A stretch of DNA of 64,000 bases from contig OZ176051.1 of assembly GCA_964247055.1 (NCBI GenBank), positions 186,001-250,000 of the forward strand, written 5' to 3'. The notes under the pieces were generated by a model. That model made no database searches. It worked only from the letters and a program-made list of their open reading frames with translations, and was not told where the DNA came from. Position numbers and translations under genes: made by a program. Each line of letters opens with the position of its first letter. Positions within the stretch are counted from its first letter, which is position 1. Positions 11,481 to 25,899 of this stretch are shown piece by piece. Origin of the DNA: Paragordius varius (lineage: Eukaryota; Animalia; Nematomorpha).

Positions 11481-14400
11481 TGATCAGGAGATGTCACCAT
11501 AATTTTTTTTGGGTAGCCCTATGGTAGTTCCATCATCACCCCAAATATTTTCAATATCGGAGTATAAATGTAATTTTTATGAATTTTTTAAATATTTAAA
11601 AAATTTATTTTATACGATTTTAAAAATAAAAATGGCTACCTAAAATCCAAATTTGATCAGGTGATGTCACCATAATTTTTTTTGGGTAGCCCTATGGTAG
11701 TTCCATCATCACCCCAAATATTGTCGAGATCGGAGTATAAATGTAATTTTTATGAATTTTTTAAATATTTAAAAAATTTATTTTATACGATTTTAAAAAT
11801 AAAAATGGCTACCTAAAATCCAAATTTATCAGGTGATGTCACCATAATTTTTTTGGGTAGCCCTATGGTAGTTCCATCATCACCCCAAATATTTTCGAGA
11901 TCGTAGTATAAATGTAATTTTTATGAATTTTTTAAATATTTAAAAAATTTATTTTATACGATTTTAAAAATAAAAATGGCTACCTAAAATCCAAATTTGA
12001 TCAGGTGATGTCACCATAATTTTTTTTGGGTAGCCCTATGGTAGTTCCATCATCACCCCAAATATTTTCGAGATCGGAGTATAAATGTAATTTTTATGAA
12101 TTTTTTAAATATTTAAAAAATTTATTTTATACGATATTAAAAATAAAAATGGCTACCTAAAATCCAAATTTGATCAGGTGATGTCGCCATAATTTTTTTT
12201 GCGTAGCCCTATGGTAGTTCCATCATCACCCCAAATATTGTCGAGATCGGAGTATAAATGTAATTTTTTTTAATTTTTTAAATATTTAAAAAATTTATTT
12301 TATACGATTTTAAAAATAAAAATGGCTACCTAAAATCCAAATTTGATCAGGTGATGTCGCCATAATTTTTTTTGGGTAGCCCTATGGTAGTTACATCATA
12401 ACCTTAAATATTTTTGAGATCGGACTTTAAATGTAATTTTTATGAATTTTTTAAATATTTAAAAAATTTATTTTATACGATTTTAAAAATAAAAATGGCT
12501 ACCTAAAATCCAAATTTGATCAGGTGATGTCACCATAATTTTTTTTGGGTAGCCCTATGGTAGTTCCATCATCACCCCAAATATTTTCGAGATCGGAGTA
12601 TAAATGTAATTTTTATGAATTTTTTAAATATTTAAAAAATTTATTTTATACGATTTTAAAAATAAAAATGGCTACCTAAAATCCAAATTTGATCAGGTGA
12701 TGTCACCATAATTTTTTTTGGGTAGCCCTATGGTAGTTCCATCATCACCCCAAATATTTTCGAGATCGGAGTATAAATGTAATTTTTATGAATTTTTTAA
12801 ATATTTAAAAAATTTATTTTATACGATTTTAAAAATAAAAATGGCTACCTAAAATCCAAATTTGATCAGGTGATGTCGGCATAATTTTTTTTGGGTAGCC
12901 CTATGGTAGTTCCATCATCACCCCAAATATTTTCGAGATCGGAGTATAAATGTAATTTTTATTAATTTTTAAATATTTAAAAAATTTATTTTATACGATT
13001 TTAAAAATAAAAATGGCTACCTAAAATCCAAATTTATCAGGTGATGTCACCATAATTTTTTTTGGGTAGCCCTATGGTAGTTCCATCATCACCCCAAATA
13101 TTTTCGAGATCGGAGTATAAATGTAATTTTTATGAATTTTTTAAATATTTAAAAAATTTATTTTATACGATTTTAAAAAAAAAAATGGCTACCTATCCAA
13201 ATTTGATCAGGTGATGTCACCATAATTTTTTTTGGGTAGCCCTATGGTAGTTCCATCATCACCCCAAATATTTTCGAGATCGGAGTATAAATGTAATTTT
13301 TATGAATTTTTTAAATATTTAAAAAATTTATTTTATACGATTTTAAAAATAAAAATGGCTACCTAAAATCCAAATTTGATCAGGTGATGTCACCATAATT
13401 TTTTTTGGGTAGCCCTATGGTAGTTCCATCATCACCCCAAATATTTTCGAGATCGGAGTATAAATGTAATTTTTATGATTTTAAATATTTAAAAAATTTA
13501 TTTTATACGATTTTAAAAATAAAAATGGCTACCTAAAATCCAAATTTGATCAGGTGATGTCTTTGGGTAGCCATATGGTAGTTCCATCATCACCCCAAAT
13601 ATTTTGGGGATCGGACTATAAATGTAATTTTTATGAATTTTTTAATTATTTAAAAAATTTATTTTATACGATTTTAAAAATAAAAATGGCTACCTAAAAT
13701 CCAAATTTGATCAGGTGATGTCACTATAATTTTTTTGGGTAGCCCTATGGTAGTTCCATCATCACCTCAAATATTTTGAGGATCGGACTATAAATGTAAT
13801 TTTTATGAATTTTTTAAATATTTAAAAAATTTATTTTATACGATTTTAAAAATAAAAATATCTACCTAAAATCCAAATTTGATCAGGTGATGTCGCCATA
13901 ATTTTTTTGGGTAGCCCTATAGTAGTTCCATCATCACCCCAAATATTTTCGAGCGGAGTATAAATGTAATTTTTATGAATTTTTTAAATATTTAAAAAAT
14001 TTATTTTATACGATTTTAAAAATAAAAATGGCTACCTAAAATCCAAATTTGATCAGGTGATGTCACCATAATTTTTTTTGGGTAGCCCTATGGTAATTCC
14101 ATCATCACCCCAAATATTGTCGAGATCGGAGTATAAATGTAATTTTTTTGAATTTTTTAAATATTTAAAAAATTTATTTTATACGATTTTAAAAATAAAA
14201 ATGGCTACCTAAAATCCAAATTTGATCAGGTGATGTCTCCATAATTTTTTTTGGGTAGCCCTATGGTAGTTCCATCATCACCCCAAATATTTTGGGGATT
14301 GGACTATAAATGTAATTTTTATGAATTTTTTAAATATTTAAAAAATTTATTTTATACGATTTTAAAAATAAAAATGGCTACCTAAAATCCAAATTTGATC

Positions 14401-15599
14401 AGGTGATGTCACCATAATTTTTTTTGGGTAGCCCTATGGTAATTCCATCATCACCCCAAATATTGTCGAGATCGGAGTATAAATGTAATTTTTTTGAATT
14501 TTTTAAATATTTAAAAAATTTATTTTATACGATTTTAAAAATAAAAATGGCTACCTAAAATCCAAATTTGATCAGGTGATGTCTCCATAATTTTTTTTGG
14601 GTAGCCCTATGGTAGTTCCATCATCACCCCAAATATTTTGGGGATTGGACTATAAATGTAATTTTTATGAATTTTTTAAATATTTAAAAAATTTATTTTA
14701 TACGATTTTAAAAATAAAAATGGCTATCTAAAATCCAAATTTGATCAGGTGATGTCACTATAATTTTTTTGGGTAGCCCTATGGTAGTTCCATCATCACC
14801 TCAAATATTTTGGGGATCGGACTATAAATGTAATTTTTATGAATTTTTTAAATATTTAAAAAATTTATTTTATACGATTTTAAAAATAAAAATGGCTACC
14901 TAAAATCCAAATTTGATCAGGTGATGTCTCCATAATTTTTTTTGGGTAGCCCTATGGTAGTTCCATCATCACCCCAAATATTTTGGGGATTTGACTATAA
15001 ATGTAATTTTTATGAATTTTTTAAATATTTAAAAAATTTATTTTATACGATTTTAAAAATAAAAATGGCTATCTAAAATCCAAATTTGATCAGGTGATGT
15101 CACTATAATTTTTTTGGGTAGCCCTATGGTAGTTCCATCATCACCTCAAATATTTTGGGGATCGGACTATAAATGTAATTTTTATGAATTTTTTAAATAT
15201 TTAAAAAATTTATTTTATACGATTTTAAAAATAAAAATGGCTACCTAAAATCCAAATTTGATCAGGTGATGTCACCATAATTTTTTTTGGGTAGCCCTAT
15301 GGTAGTTCCATCATCACATCAAATATTTTCGAGATCGGAGTATAAATGTAATTTTTATGAATTTTTTAAATATTTAAAAAATTTATTTTATACGATTTTA
15401 AAAATAAAAATGGCTACCTAAAATCCAAATTTGATCAGGTGATGTCACTATAATTTTTTTGGGTAGCCCTATGGTAGTTCCATCATCACCCCAAATATTT
15501 TGGGGATCCTATAAATGTAATTTTTATGAATTTTTTAAATATTTAAAAAATTTATTATATACGATTTTAAAAATAAAAATGGCTACCTAAAATCCAAAT

Positions 15600-18500
15600 T
15601 TGATCAGGTGATGTCGCCATAATTTTTTTTGGGTAGCCCTATGGTAGTTCCATCATCACCCCAAATATTTTCGAGATCGGAGTATAAATGTAATTTTTAT
15701 GAATTTTTTAAATATTTAAAAAATTTATTTTATACGATATTAAAAATAAAAATGGCTACCTAAAATCCAAATTTGATCAGATGATGTCACTATAATTTTT
15801 TTTGGGTAGCCCTATGGTAGTTCCATCATCACCCCAAATATTTTCGAGATCGGAGTATAAATGTAATTTTTATGAATTTTTTAAATATTTAAAAAATTTA
15901 TTTTATACGATTTTAAAAATAAAAATGGCTACCTAAAATCCAAATGTGATCAGGTGATGTCACTATAATTTTTTTGGGTAGCCCTATGGTAGTTCCATCA
16001 TCACCCCAAATATTTTGGGGATCGGACTATAAATGTAATTTTTATGAATTTTTTTAAATATTTAAAAAATTTATTTTATACGATTTTAAAAATAAAAATG
16101 GCTACCTAAAATCCAAATTTGATCAGGTGATGTCGCCATAATTATTTTGGGTAGCCCTATGGTAGTTCCATCATCACCCCGAATACTTTGGGGATCGGAC
16201 TATAAATGTAATTTTTATGAATTTTTTAAATATTTAAAAAATTTATTTTATACGATATTAAAAATAAAAATGGCTACCTAAAATCCAAATTTGATCAGGT
16301 GATGTCACCATAATTTTTTTTGGGTAGCCCTATGGTAGTTCCATCATCACCCCAAATATTTTCGAGATCGGAGTATAAATGTAATTTTTATGAATTTTTT
16401 AAATATTTAAAAAATTTATTTTATACGATTTTAAAAATAAAAATGGCTACCTAAAATCCAAATTTGATCAGGTGATGTCGCCATAATTTTTTTTGGGTAG
16501 CCCTATGGTAGTTCCATCATCACCCCAAATATTGTCGAGATTGGAGTATAAATGTAATTTTTAAGAATTTTTTAAATATTTAAAAAATTAATTTTATACG
16601 ATTTTAAAAATAAAAATGGCTACCTAAAATCCAAATTTGATCAGGTGATGTCGCCATAATTTTTTTTGGGTAGCCCTATGGTGGTTCCATCATCACCCCA
16701 AATATTTTGGGGATCGGACTATAAATGTAATTTTTATGAAGTTTTTAAATATTTAAAAAATTTATTTTATACGATTTTAAAAATAAAAATGGCTACCTAA
16801 AATCCAAATTTGATCAGGTGATGTCACCATAAATTTTTTTGGGTAGCCCTATGGTAGTTCCATCATCACCCCAAATATTTTCGAGATCGGAGTATAAATG
16901 TAATTTTTATGAATTTTTTATATATTTAAAAAATTTATTTTATACGATTTTAAAAATAAAAATGGCTACCTAAAATCCAAATTTGATCAGGTGATGTCAC
17001 CATAATTTTTTTTGAGTAGTCCTATGGTAGTTCCATCATCACCCCAAATATTGTCGAGATCGGAGTATAAATGTAATTTTTTTGAATTTTTTAAATATTT
17101 AAAAAATTTATTTTATACGATTATAAAAATAAAAATGGCTACCTAAAATCCAAATTTGATCAGGTGATGTCGCCATAATTTTTTTTGGGTAGCCCTATGG
17201 TAGTTCCATCATCACCCCAAATATTGTCGAGATTGGAGTATAAATGTAATTTTTATGAATTTTTTAAATATTTAAAAAATTTATTTTATACGATTTTAAA
17301 AATAAAAATGGCTACCTAAAATCCAAATTTGATCAGGTGATGTCGCCATAATTTTTTTTGGGTAGCCCTATGGTGGTTCCATCATCACCCCAAATATTTT
17401 GGGGATCGGACTATAAATGTAATTTTTATGAAGTTTTTAAATATTTAAAAAATTTATTTTATACGATTTTAAAAATAAAAATGCATACCTAAAATCCAAA
17501 TTTGATCAGGTGATGTCACCATAAATTTTTTTGGGTAGCCCTATGGTAGTTCCATCATCACCCCAAATATTTTCGAGATCGGAGTATAAATGTAATTTTT
17601 ATGAATTTTTTATATATTTAAAAAATTTATTTTATACGATTTTAAAAATAAAAATGGCTACCTAAAATCCAAATTTGATCAGGTGATGTCACCATAATTT
17701 TTTTTGAGTAGTCCTATGGTAGTTCCATCATCACCCCAAATATTGTCGAGATCGGAGTATAAATGTAATTTTTTTGAATTTTTTAAATATTTAAAAAATT
17801 TATTTTATACGATTTTAAAAATAAAAATGGCTACCTAAAATCCAAATTTGATCAGGTGATGTCGCCATAATTTTTTTTGGGTAGCCCTATGGTAGTTCCA
17901 TCATCACCCCAAATATTTTCGAGATCGGAGTATAAATGTAATTTTTATGAATTTTTTAAATATTTAAAAAATTTATTTTATACGATATTAAAAATAAAAA
18001 TGGCTACCTAAAATCCAAATTTGATCAGATGATGTCACTATAATTTTTTTTGGGTAGCCCTATGGTAGTTCCATCATCACCCCAAATATTTTCGAGATCG
18101 GAGTATAAATGTAATTTTTATGAATTTTTTAAATATTTAAAAAATTTATTTTATACGATTTTAAAAATAAAAATGGCTACCTAAAATCCAAATGTGATCA
18201 GGTGATGTCACTATAATTTTTTTGGGTAGCCCTATGGTAGTTCCATCATCACCCCAAATATTTTGGGGATCGGACTATAAATGTAATTTTTATGAATTTT
18301 TTTAAATATTTAAAAAATTTATTTTATACGATTTTAAAAATAAAAATGGCTACCTAAAATCCAAATTTGATCAGGTGATGTCGCCATAATTTTTTTTGGG
18401 TAGCCCTATGGTAGTTCCATCATCACCCCGAATACTTTGGGGATCGGACTATAAATGTAATTTTTATGAATTTTTTAAATATTTAAAAAATTTATTTTAT

Positions 18501-18740
18501 ACGATATTAAAAATAAAAATGGCTACCTAAAATCCAAATTTGATCAGGTGATGTCACCATAATTTTTTTTGGGTAGCCCTATGGTAGTTCCATCATCACC
18601 CCAAATATTTTCGAGATCGGAGTATAAATGTAATTTTTATGAATTTTTTAAATATTTAAAAAATTTATTTTATACGATTTTAAAAATAAAAATGGCTACC
18701 TAAAATCCAAATTTGATCAGGTGATGTCGCCATAATTTTA
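15600..18740. repeat. Nested duplication X-Y-Y-X (X ~5 monomers at offset 2248; Y 4 monomers at offset 692)
   Basis: X markers: cagAtgatg 15781/18029, caaatGtgat ~15946/~18194, cccGaataC ~16181/~18430. Y markers: ggtGgttcc 16683/17375, gaaGtttt, cataaAttt, ttatatattt, gagtagTcc, each repeated 692 bp apart. Confidence 0.9.
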
Positions 18741-19099
18741 TTTGGGTAGCCCTATAGTAGTTCCATCATCACCCCAAATATTTTAGGGATCGGAGTATAA
18801 ATGTAATTTTTATGAATTTTTTAAATATTTAAAAAATTTATTTTATACGATTTTAAAAATAAAAATGGCTACCTAAAATCCAAATTTGATCAGGTGATGT
18901 CGCCATAATTTTTTTTGGGTAGTCCTATGGTAGTTCCATCATCACCCCAAATATTTTGGGGATCGGACTATAAATGTAATTTTTATGAATTTTTTAAATA
19001 TTTAAAAAATTTATTTTATACGATTTTAAAAATAAAAATGGCTACCTAAAATCCAAATTTGATCAGGTGATGTCATTATAATTTTTTTTGAGTAGTCCT

Positions 19100-22000
19100 A
19101 TGGTAGTTCCATCATCACCCCAAGTATTTTCGAGATCGGAGTACAAATGTAATTTTTATGAATTTTTTAAATATTTAAAAAATTTATTTTATACGATTTT
19201 AAAAATAAAAATGGCTACCTAAAATCCAAATTTGATCAGGTGATGTCACCATAATTTTTTTGGGGTAGCCCTATGGTAGTTCCATCATCACCCCAAATAT
19301 TGTCGAGATCGGAGTATAAATGTAATTTTTATGAATTTTTTAAATATTTAAAAAATTTATTTTATACGATTTTAAAAATAAAAATGGCTACCTAAAATCC
19401 AAATTTATCAGGTGATGTCACCATAATTTTTTTGGGTAGCCCTATGGTAGTTACATCATCACCCCAAATATTTTCGAGATCGGAGTATAAATGTAATTTT
19501 TATGAATTTTTTAAATATTTAAAAAATTTATTTTATACGATTTTAAAAATAAAAATGGCTACCTAAAATCCAAATTTGATCAGGTGATGTCACCATAATT
19601 TTTTTTGGGGTAGCCCTATGGTAGTTCCATCATCACCCCAAATATTTTCGGGATCGGAGTATAAATGTAATTTTTATGAATTTTTTAAATATTTAAAAAA
19701 TTTATTTTATACGATTTTAAAAATAAAAATGGCTACCTAAAATCCAAATTTGATCAGGTGATGTCGTTATAATTTTTTTTGCGTAGCCCTATGGTAGTTC
19801 CATCATCACCCCAAATATTGTCGAGATCGGAGTATAAATGTAATTTTTTTGAATTTTTTAAATATTTAAAAAATTTATTTTATACGATTTTAAAAATAAA
19901 AATGGCTACCTAAAATCCAAATTTGATTAGGTGATGTCGCCATAATTTTTTTTGGGTAGCCCTATGGTAGTTACATCATAACCTCAAATATTTTTGAGAT
20001 CGGACTTTAAATGTAATTTTTATGAATTTTTTAAATATTTAAAAAATTTATTTTATACGATTTTAAAAATAAAAATGGCTACCTAAAATCCAAATTTGAT
20101 CAGGTGATGTCACCATAATTTTTTTGGGTAGCCCTATGGTAGTTCCATCATCACCCCAAATATTTTCGAGATCGGAATATAAATGTAATTTTTATGAATT
20201 TTTTAAATATTTAAAAAATTTATTTTATACGATTTTAAAAATAAAAATGGCTACCTAAAATCCAAATTTGATCAGGTGATGTCACCATAATTTTTTTTGA
20301 GTAGTCCTATGGTAGTTCCATCATCACCAAAAATATTGTCGAGATCGGAGTATAAATGTAATTTTTAGAATTTTTTAAATATTTAAAAAATTTATTTTAT
20401 ACGATTTTAAAAATAAAAATGGCTACCTAAAATCCAAATTTGATCAGTTGATGTCGCCATAATTTTTTTTGCGTAGCCCTATGGTAGTTCCATCATCACC
20501 CCAAATATTGTCGAGATCGGAGTATAAATGTAATTTTTTTGAATTTTTTAAATATTTAAAAAATTTATTTTATACGATTTTAAAAATAAAAATGGCTACC
20601 TAAAATCCAAATTTGATCAGGTGATGTCGCCATAATTTTTTTGGGTAGCCCTATAGTAGTTCCATCATCACCCCAAATATTTTTGAGATCGGAGTATAAA
20701 TGTAATTTTTATGAATTTTTTAAATATTTAAAAAATTTATTTTATACGATTTTAAAAATAAAAATGGTTACCTAAAATCCAAATTTGATCAGGTGATGTC
20801 GCCATAATTTTTTTTTGGGTAGCCCTATGGTAGTTCCATCATCACCCCAAATATTGTCGAGATCGGAGTATAAATGTAATTTTTATGAATTTTTTAAATA
20901 TTTAAAAAATTTATTTTATACGATTTTAAAAATAAAAATGGCTACCTAAAATCCAAATTTGATCAGGTGATGTCACCATAATTTTTTTTGAGTAGTCCTA
21001 TGGTAGTTCCATCATCACCAAAAATATTGTCGAGATCGGAGTATAAATGTAATTTTTTGAATTTTTTAAATATTTAAAAAATTTATTTTATAAGATTTTA
21101 AAAATAAAAATGGCTACCTAAAATCCAAATTTGATCAGGAGATGTCACCATAATTTTTTTTGGGTAGCCCTATGGTAGTTCCATCATCACCCCAAGTATT
21201 TTCGAGATCGGAGTATAAATGTAATTTTTATGAATTTTTTAAATATTTAAAAAATTTATTTTATACGATTTTAAAAATAAAAATGGCTACCTAAAATCCA
21301 AATTTGATCAGGTGATGTCACCATAATTTTTTTGGGGTAGCCCTATGGTAGTTCCATCATCACCCCAAATATTGTCGAGATCGGAGTATAAATGTAATTT
21401 TTATGAATTTTTTAAATATTTAAAAAATTTATTTTATACGATTTTAAAAATAAAAATGGCTACCTAAAATCCAAATTTATCAGGTGATGTCACCATAATT
21501 TTTTTGGGTAGCCCTATGGTAGTTCCATCATCACCCCAAATATTTTCGAGATCGGAGTATAAATGTAATTTTTATGAATTTTTTAAATATTTAAAAAATT
21601 TATTTTATACGATTTTAAAAATAAAAATGGCTACCTAAAATCCAAATTTGATCAGGTGATGTCACCATAATTTTTTTTGGGTAGCCCTATGGTAGTTCCA
21701 TCATCACCCCAAATATTTTCGAGATCGGAGTATAAATGTAATTTTTATGAATTTTTTAAATATTTAAAAAATTTATTTTATACGATTTTAAAAATAAAAA
21801 TGGCTACTTAAAATCCAAATTTGATCAGGTGATGTCGCCATAATTTTTTTTGCGTAGCCCTATGGTAGTTCCATCATCACCCCAAATATTGTCGAGATCG
21901 GAGTATAAATGTAATTTTTTTGAATTTTTTAAATATTAAAAAAATTTATTTTATACGATTTTAAAAATAAAAATGGCTACCTATAATCCAAATTAGATTA

Positions 22001-22400
22001 GGTGATGTCGCCATAATTTTTTTTGGGTAGCCCTATGGTAGTTACATCATAACCTCAAATATTGTTGAGATCGGACTTTAAATGTAATTTTTATGAATTT
22101 TTTAAATGTTTAAAAAATTTATTTTATACGATTTTAAAAATAAAAATGGCTACCTAAAATCCAAATTTGATCAGGTGATGTCACCATAATTTTTTTTGGG
22201 TAGCCCTATGGTAGTTCCATCATCACCCCAAATATTTTCGAGATCGGAGTATAAATGTAATTTTTATGAATTTTTTAAATATTTAAAAAATTTATTTTAT
22301 ACGATTTTAAAAATAAAAATGGCTACCTAAAATCCAAATTTGATCAGTTGATGTCGCCATAATTTTTTTTGCGTAGCCCTATGGTAGTTCCATCATCACC
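19100..22400. repeat. Diverged duplication of a ~6-8-monomer block at a 12-monomer offset (~2072 bp)
   Basis: caaGtatttt 19124/21196. The markers ttttggggtag, aaatttatcagg (1-bp deletion), gcgtagc, gattagg and tacatcataacctc follow in the same order in both copies. Confidence 0.82.
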
Positions 22401-25400
22401 CCAAATATTGTCGAGATCGGAGTTTAAATGTAATTTTTTTGAATTTTTTAAATATTTAAAAAATTTATTTTATACGATTTTAAAAATAAAAATGGCTACC
22501 TAAAATCCAAATTTGATCAGGTGATGTCACCATAATTTTTTTTGGATAGCCCTATGGTAGTTCCATCATCACCCCAAATATTTTCGAGATCAGAGTATAA
22601 ATGTAATTTTTATGAATTTTTTAAATATTTAAAAAATTTATTTTATACGATTTTAAAAATAAAAATGGCTACCTAAAATCCAAATTTGATCAGGTGATGT
22701 CACCATAATTTTTTTTGGGTAGCCCTATGGTAGTTCCATCATCACCCCAAATATTTTCGAGATCGGAGTATAAATGTAATTTTTATGAATTTTTTAAATA
22801 TTTAAAAAATTTATTTTATAGATTTTAAAAATAAAAATGGCTACCTAAAATCCAAATTTGATCAGGTGATGTCACCATAATTTTTTTTGGGTAGCCCTAT
22901 GGTAGTTCCATCATCACCCCAAATATTGTCGAGATCGGAGTATAAATGTAATTTTTTTGAATTTTTTAAATATTTAAAAAATTTATTTTATACGATTTTA
23001 AAAATAAAAATGGCTACCTAAAATCCAAATTTGATCAGGAGATGTCACCATAATTTTTTTTGGGTAGCCCTATGGTAGTTCCATCATCACCCCAAATATT
23101 TTCGAGATCGGAGTATAAATGTAATTTTTATAAATTTTTTAAATATTTAAAAAATTTATTTTATACGATTTTAAAAATAAAAATGGCTACCTAAAATCCA
23201 AATTTGATCAGGTGATGTCACCATAATTTTTTTTGGGTAGCCCTATGGTAGTTCCATCATCACCCCAAATATTTTCGAGATCGGAGTATAAATGTAATTT
23301 TTATGAATTTTTTAAATATTTAAAAAATTTATTTTATACGATTTTAAAAATAAAAATGGCTACCTAAAATCCAAATTTGATCAGGTGATGTCACCATAAT
23401 TTTTTTTGGGTAGCCCTATGGTAGTTCCATCATCACCCCAAATATTTTCGAGATCGGAGTATAAATGTAATTTTTATGAATTTTTTAAATATTTAAAAAA
23501 TTTATTTTATACGATTTTAAAAATAAAAATTGCTACCTAAAATCCAAATTTGATCAGTTGATGTCGCCATAATTTTTTTTGCGTAGCCCTATGGTAGTTC
23601 CATCATCACCCCAAATATTATCGAGATCGGAGTATAAATGTAATTTTTTGAATTTTTTAAATATTTAAAAAATTTATTTTATACGATTTTAAAAATAAAA
23701 ATGGCTACCTAAAATCCAAATTTGATCAGGTGATGTCACCATAATTTTTTTTGGGTAGCCCTATGGTAGTTCCATCATCACCACAAATATTTTGGGGATC
23801 GGACTATAAATGTAACTTTTATGAATTTTTTAAATATTTAAAAAATTTATTTTATACGATTTTATAAATAAAAATGGCTACCTAAAATCCAAATTTGATC
23901 AGGTGATGTCACCATAATTTTTTTTGGGTAGCCCTATGGTAGTTCCATCATCACCCCAAATATTTTCGAGATCGGAGTATAAATGTAATTTTTATGAATT
24001 TTTTAAATTTTTAAAAAATTTATTTTATACGATTTTAAAAATAAAAATGGCTACCTAGAATCCAAATTTGATCAGGTGATGTCGCCATAATTTTTTTTGG
24101 GTAGCCCTATGGTAGTTCCATCATCACCTCAAATATTTTCGAGAGCTGAGTATAAATGTAATTTTTATGAATTTTTTTAATATTTAAAAAATTTATTTTA
24201 TACGATTTTAAAAATAAAAATGGCTACCTAAAATCCAAATTTGATCAGGTAATGTCACCATAATTTTTTTTGGGTAGCCCTATGGTAGTTCCATCATCAC
24301 CCCAAATATTGTCGAGATCGGAGTATAAATGTAATTTTTTTGAATTTTTTAAATATTTAAAAAATTTATTTTATACGATTTTAAAAATAAAAATGGCTAC
24401 CTAAAATCCAAATTTGATCAGGTGATGTCACCATAATTTTTTTTGGGTAGCCCTATGGTAGTTCCATCATCACCCCAAATATTTTCGAGATCGGAGTATA
24501 AATGTAATTTTTATGAATTTTTTAAATATTTAAAAAATTTATTTTATACGATTTTAAAAATAAAAATGGCTACCTAAAATCCAAATTTGATCAGGTGATG
24601 TCACCATAATTTTTTTTGGGTAGACCTATGGTAGTTCCATCATCACCCCAAATATTGTCGAGATCGGAGTATAAATGTAATTTTTTTGAATTTTTTAAAT
24701 ATTTAAAAAATTTATTTTATACGATTTTAAAAATAAAAATGGCTACCTAAAATCCAAATTTGATCAGGTGATGTCACCATAATTTTTTTGGGTAGCCCTA
24801 TGGTAGTTCCATCATCACCCCAAATATTGTCGAGATCGGAGTATAAATGTAATTTTTTTGAATTTTTTAAATATTTAAAAAATTTATTTTATACGATTTT
24901 AAAAATAAAAATGGCTACCTAAAATCCAAATTTGATCAGGTGATGTCACCATAATTTTTTTTGGGTAGCCCTATGGTAGTTCCATCATCACCCCAAATAT
25001 TTTCGAGATCGGAGTATAAATGTAATTTTTATGAATTTTTTAAATATTTAAAAAATTTATTTTATACGATTTTAAAAATAAAAATGGCTACCTAAAATCC
25101 AAATTTGATCAGGTGATGTCACCATAATTTTTTTGGGTAGCCCTATGGTAGTTCCATCATCACCCCAAATATTTTCGAGATCGGAGTATAAATGTAATTT
25201 TTATGAATTTTTTAAATATTTAAAAAATTTATTTTATACGATTTTAAAAATAAAAATGGCTACCTAAAATCCAAATTTGATCAGGTGATGTCACCATAAT
25301 TTTTTTTGGGTAGCCCTATGGTAGTTCCATCATCACCCCAAATATTTTCGAGATCGGACTTTAAATGTAATTTTTATGAATTTTTTAAATATTTAAAAAA

Positions 25401-25899
25401 TTTATTTTATACGATTTTAAAAATAAAAATGGCTACCTAAAATTCAAATTTGATCAGGTGATGTCACCATAATTTTTTTTGGGTAGCCCTATGGTAGTTC
25501 CATCATCACCCCAAATATTGTCGAGATCGGAGTATAAATGTAATTTTTTTGAATTTTTTAAATATTTAAAAAATTTATTTTATACGATTTTAAAAATAAA
25601 AATGGCTACCTAAAATCCAAATTTGATCAGGTGATGTCACCATAATTTTTTTTGGGTAGCCCTATGGTAGTTCCATCATCACCCCAAATATTTTCGAGAT
25701 CGGAGTATAAATGTAATTTTTATGAATTTTTTAAATATTTAAAAAATTTATTTTATACGATTTTAAAAATAAAAATGGCTACCTAAAATCCAAATTTGAT
25801 CAGGTGATGTCACCATAATTTTTTTGGGTAGCCCTATGGTAGTTCCATCATCACCCCAAATATTTTCGAGATCGGAGTATAAATGTAATTTTTATGAAT

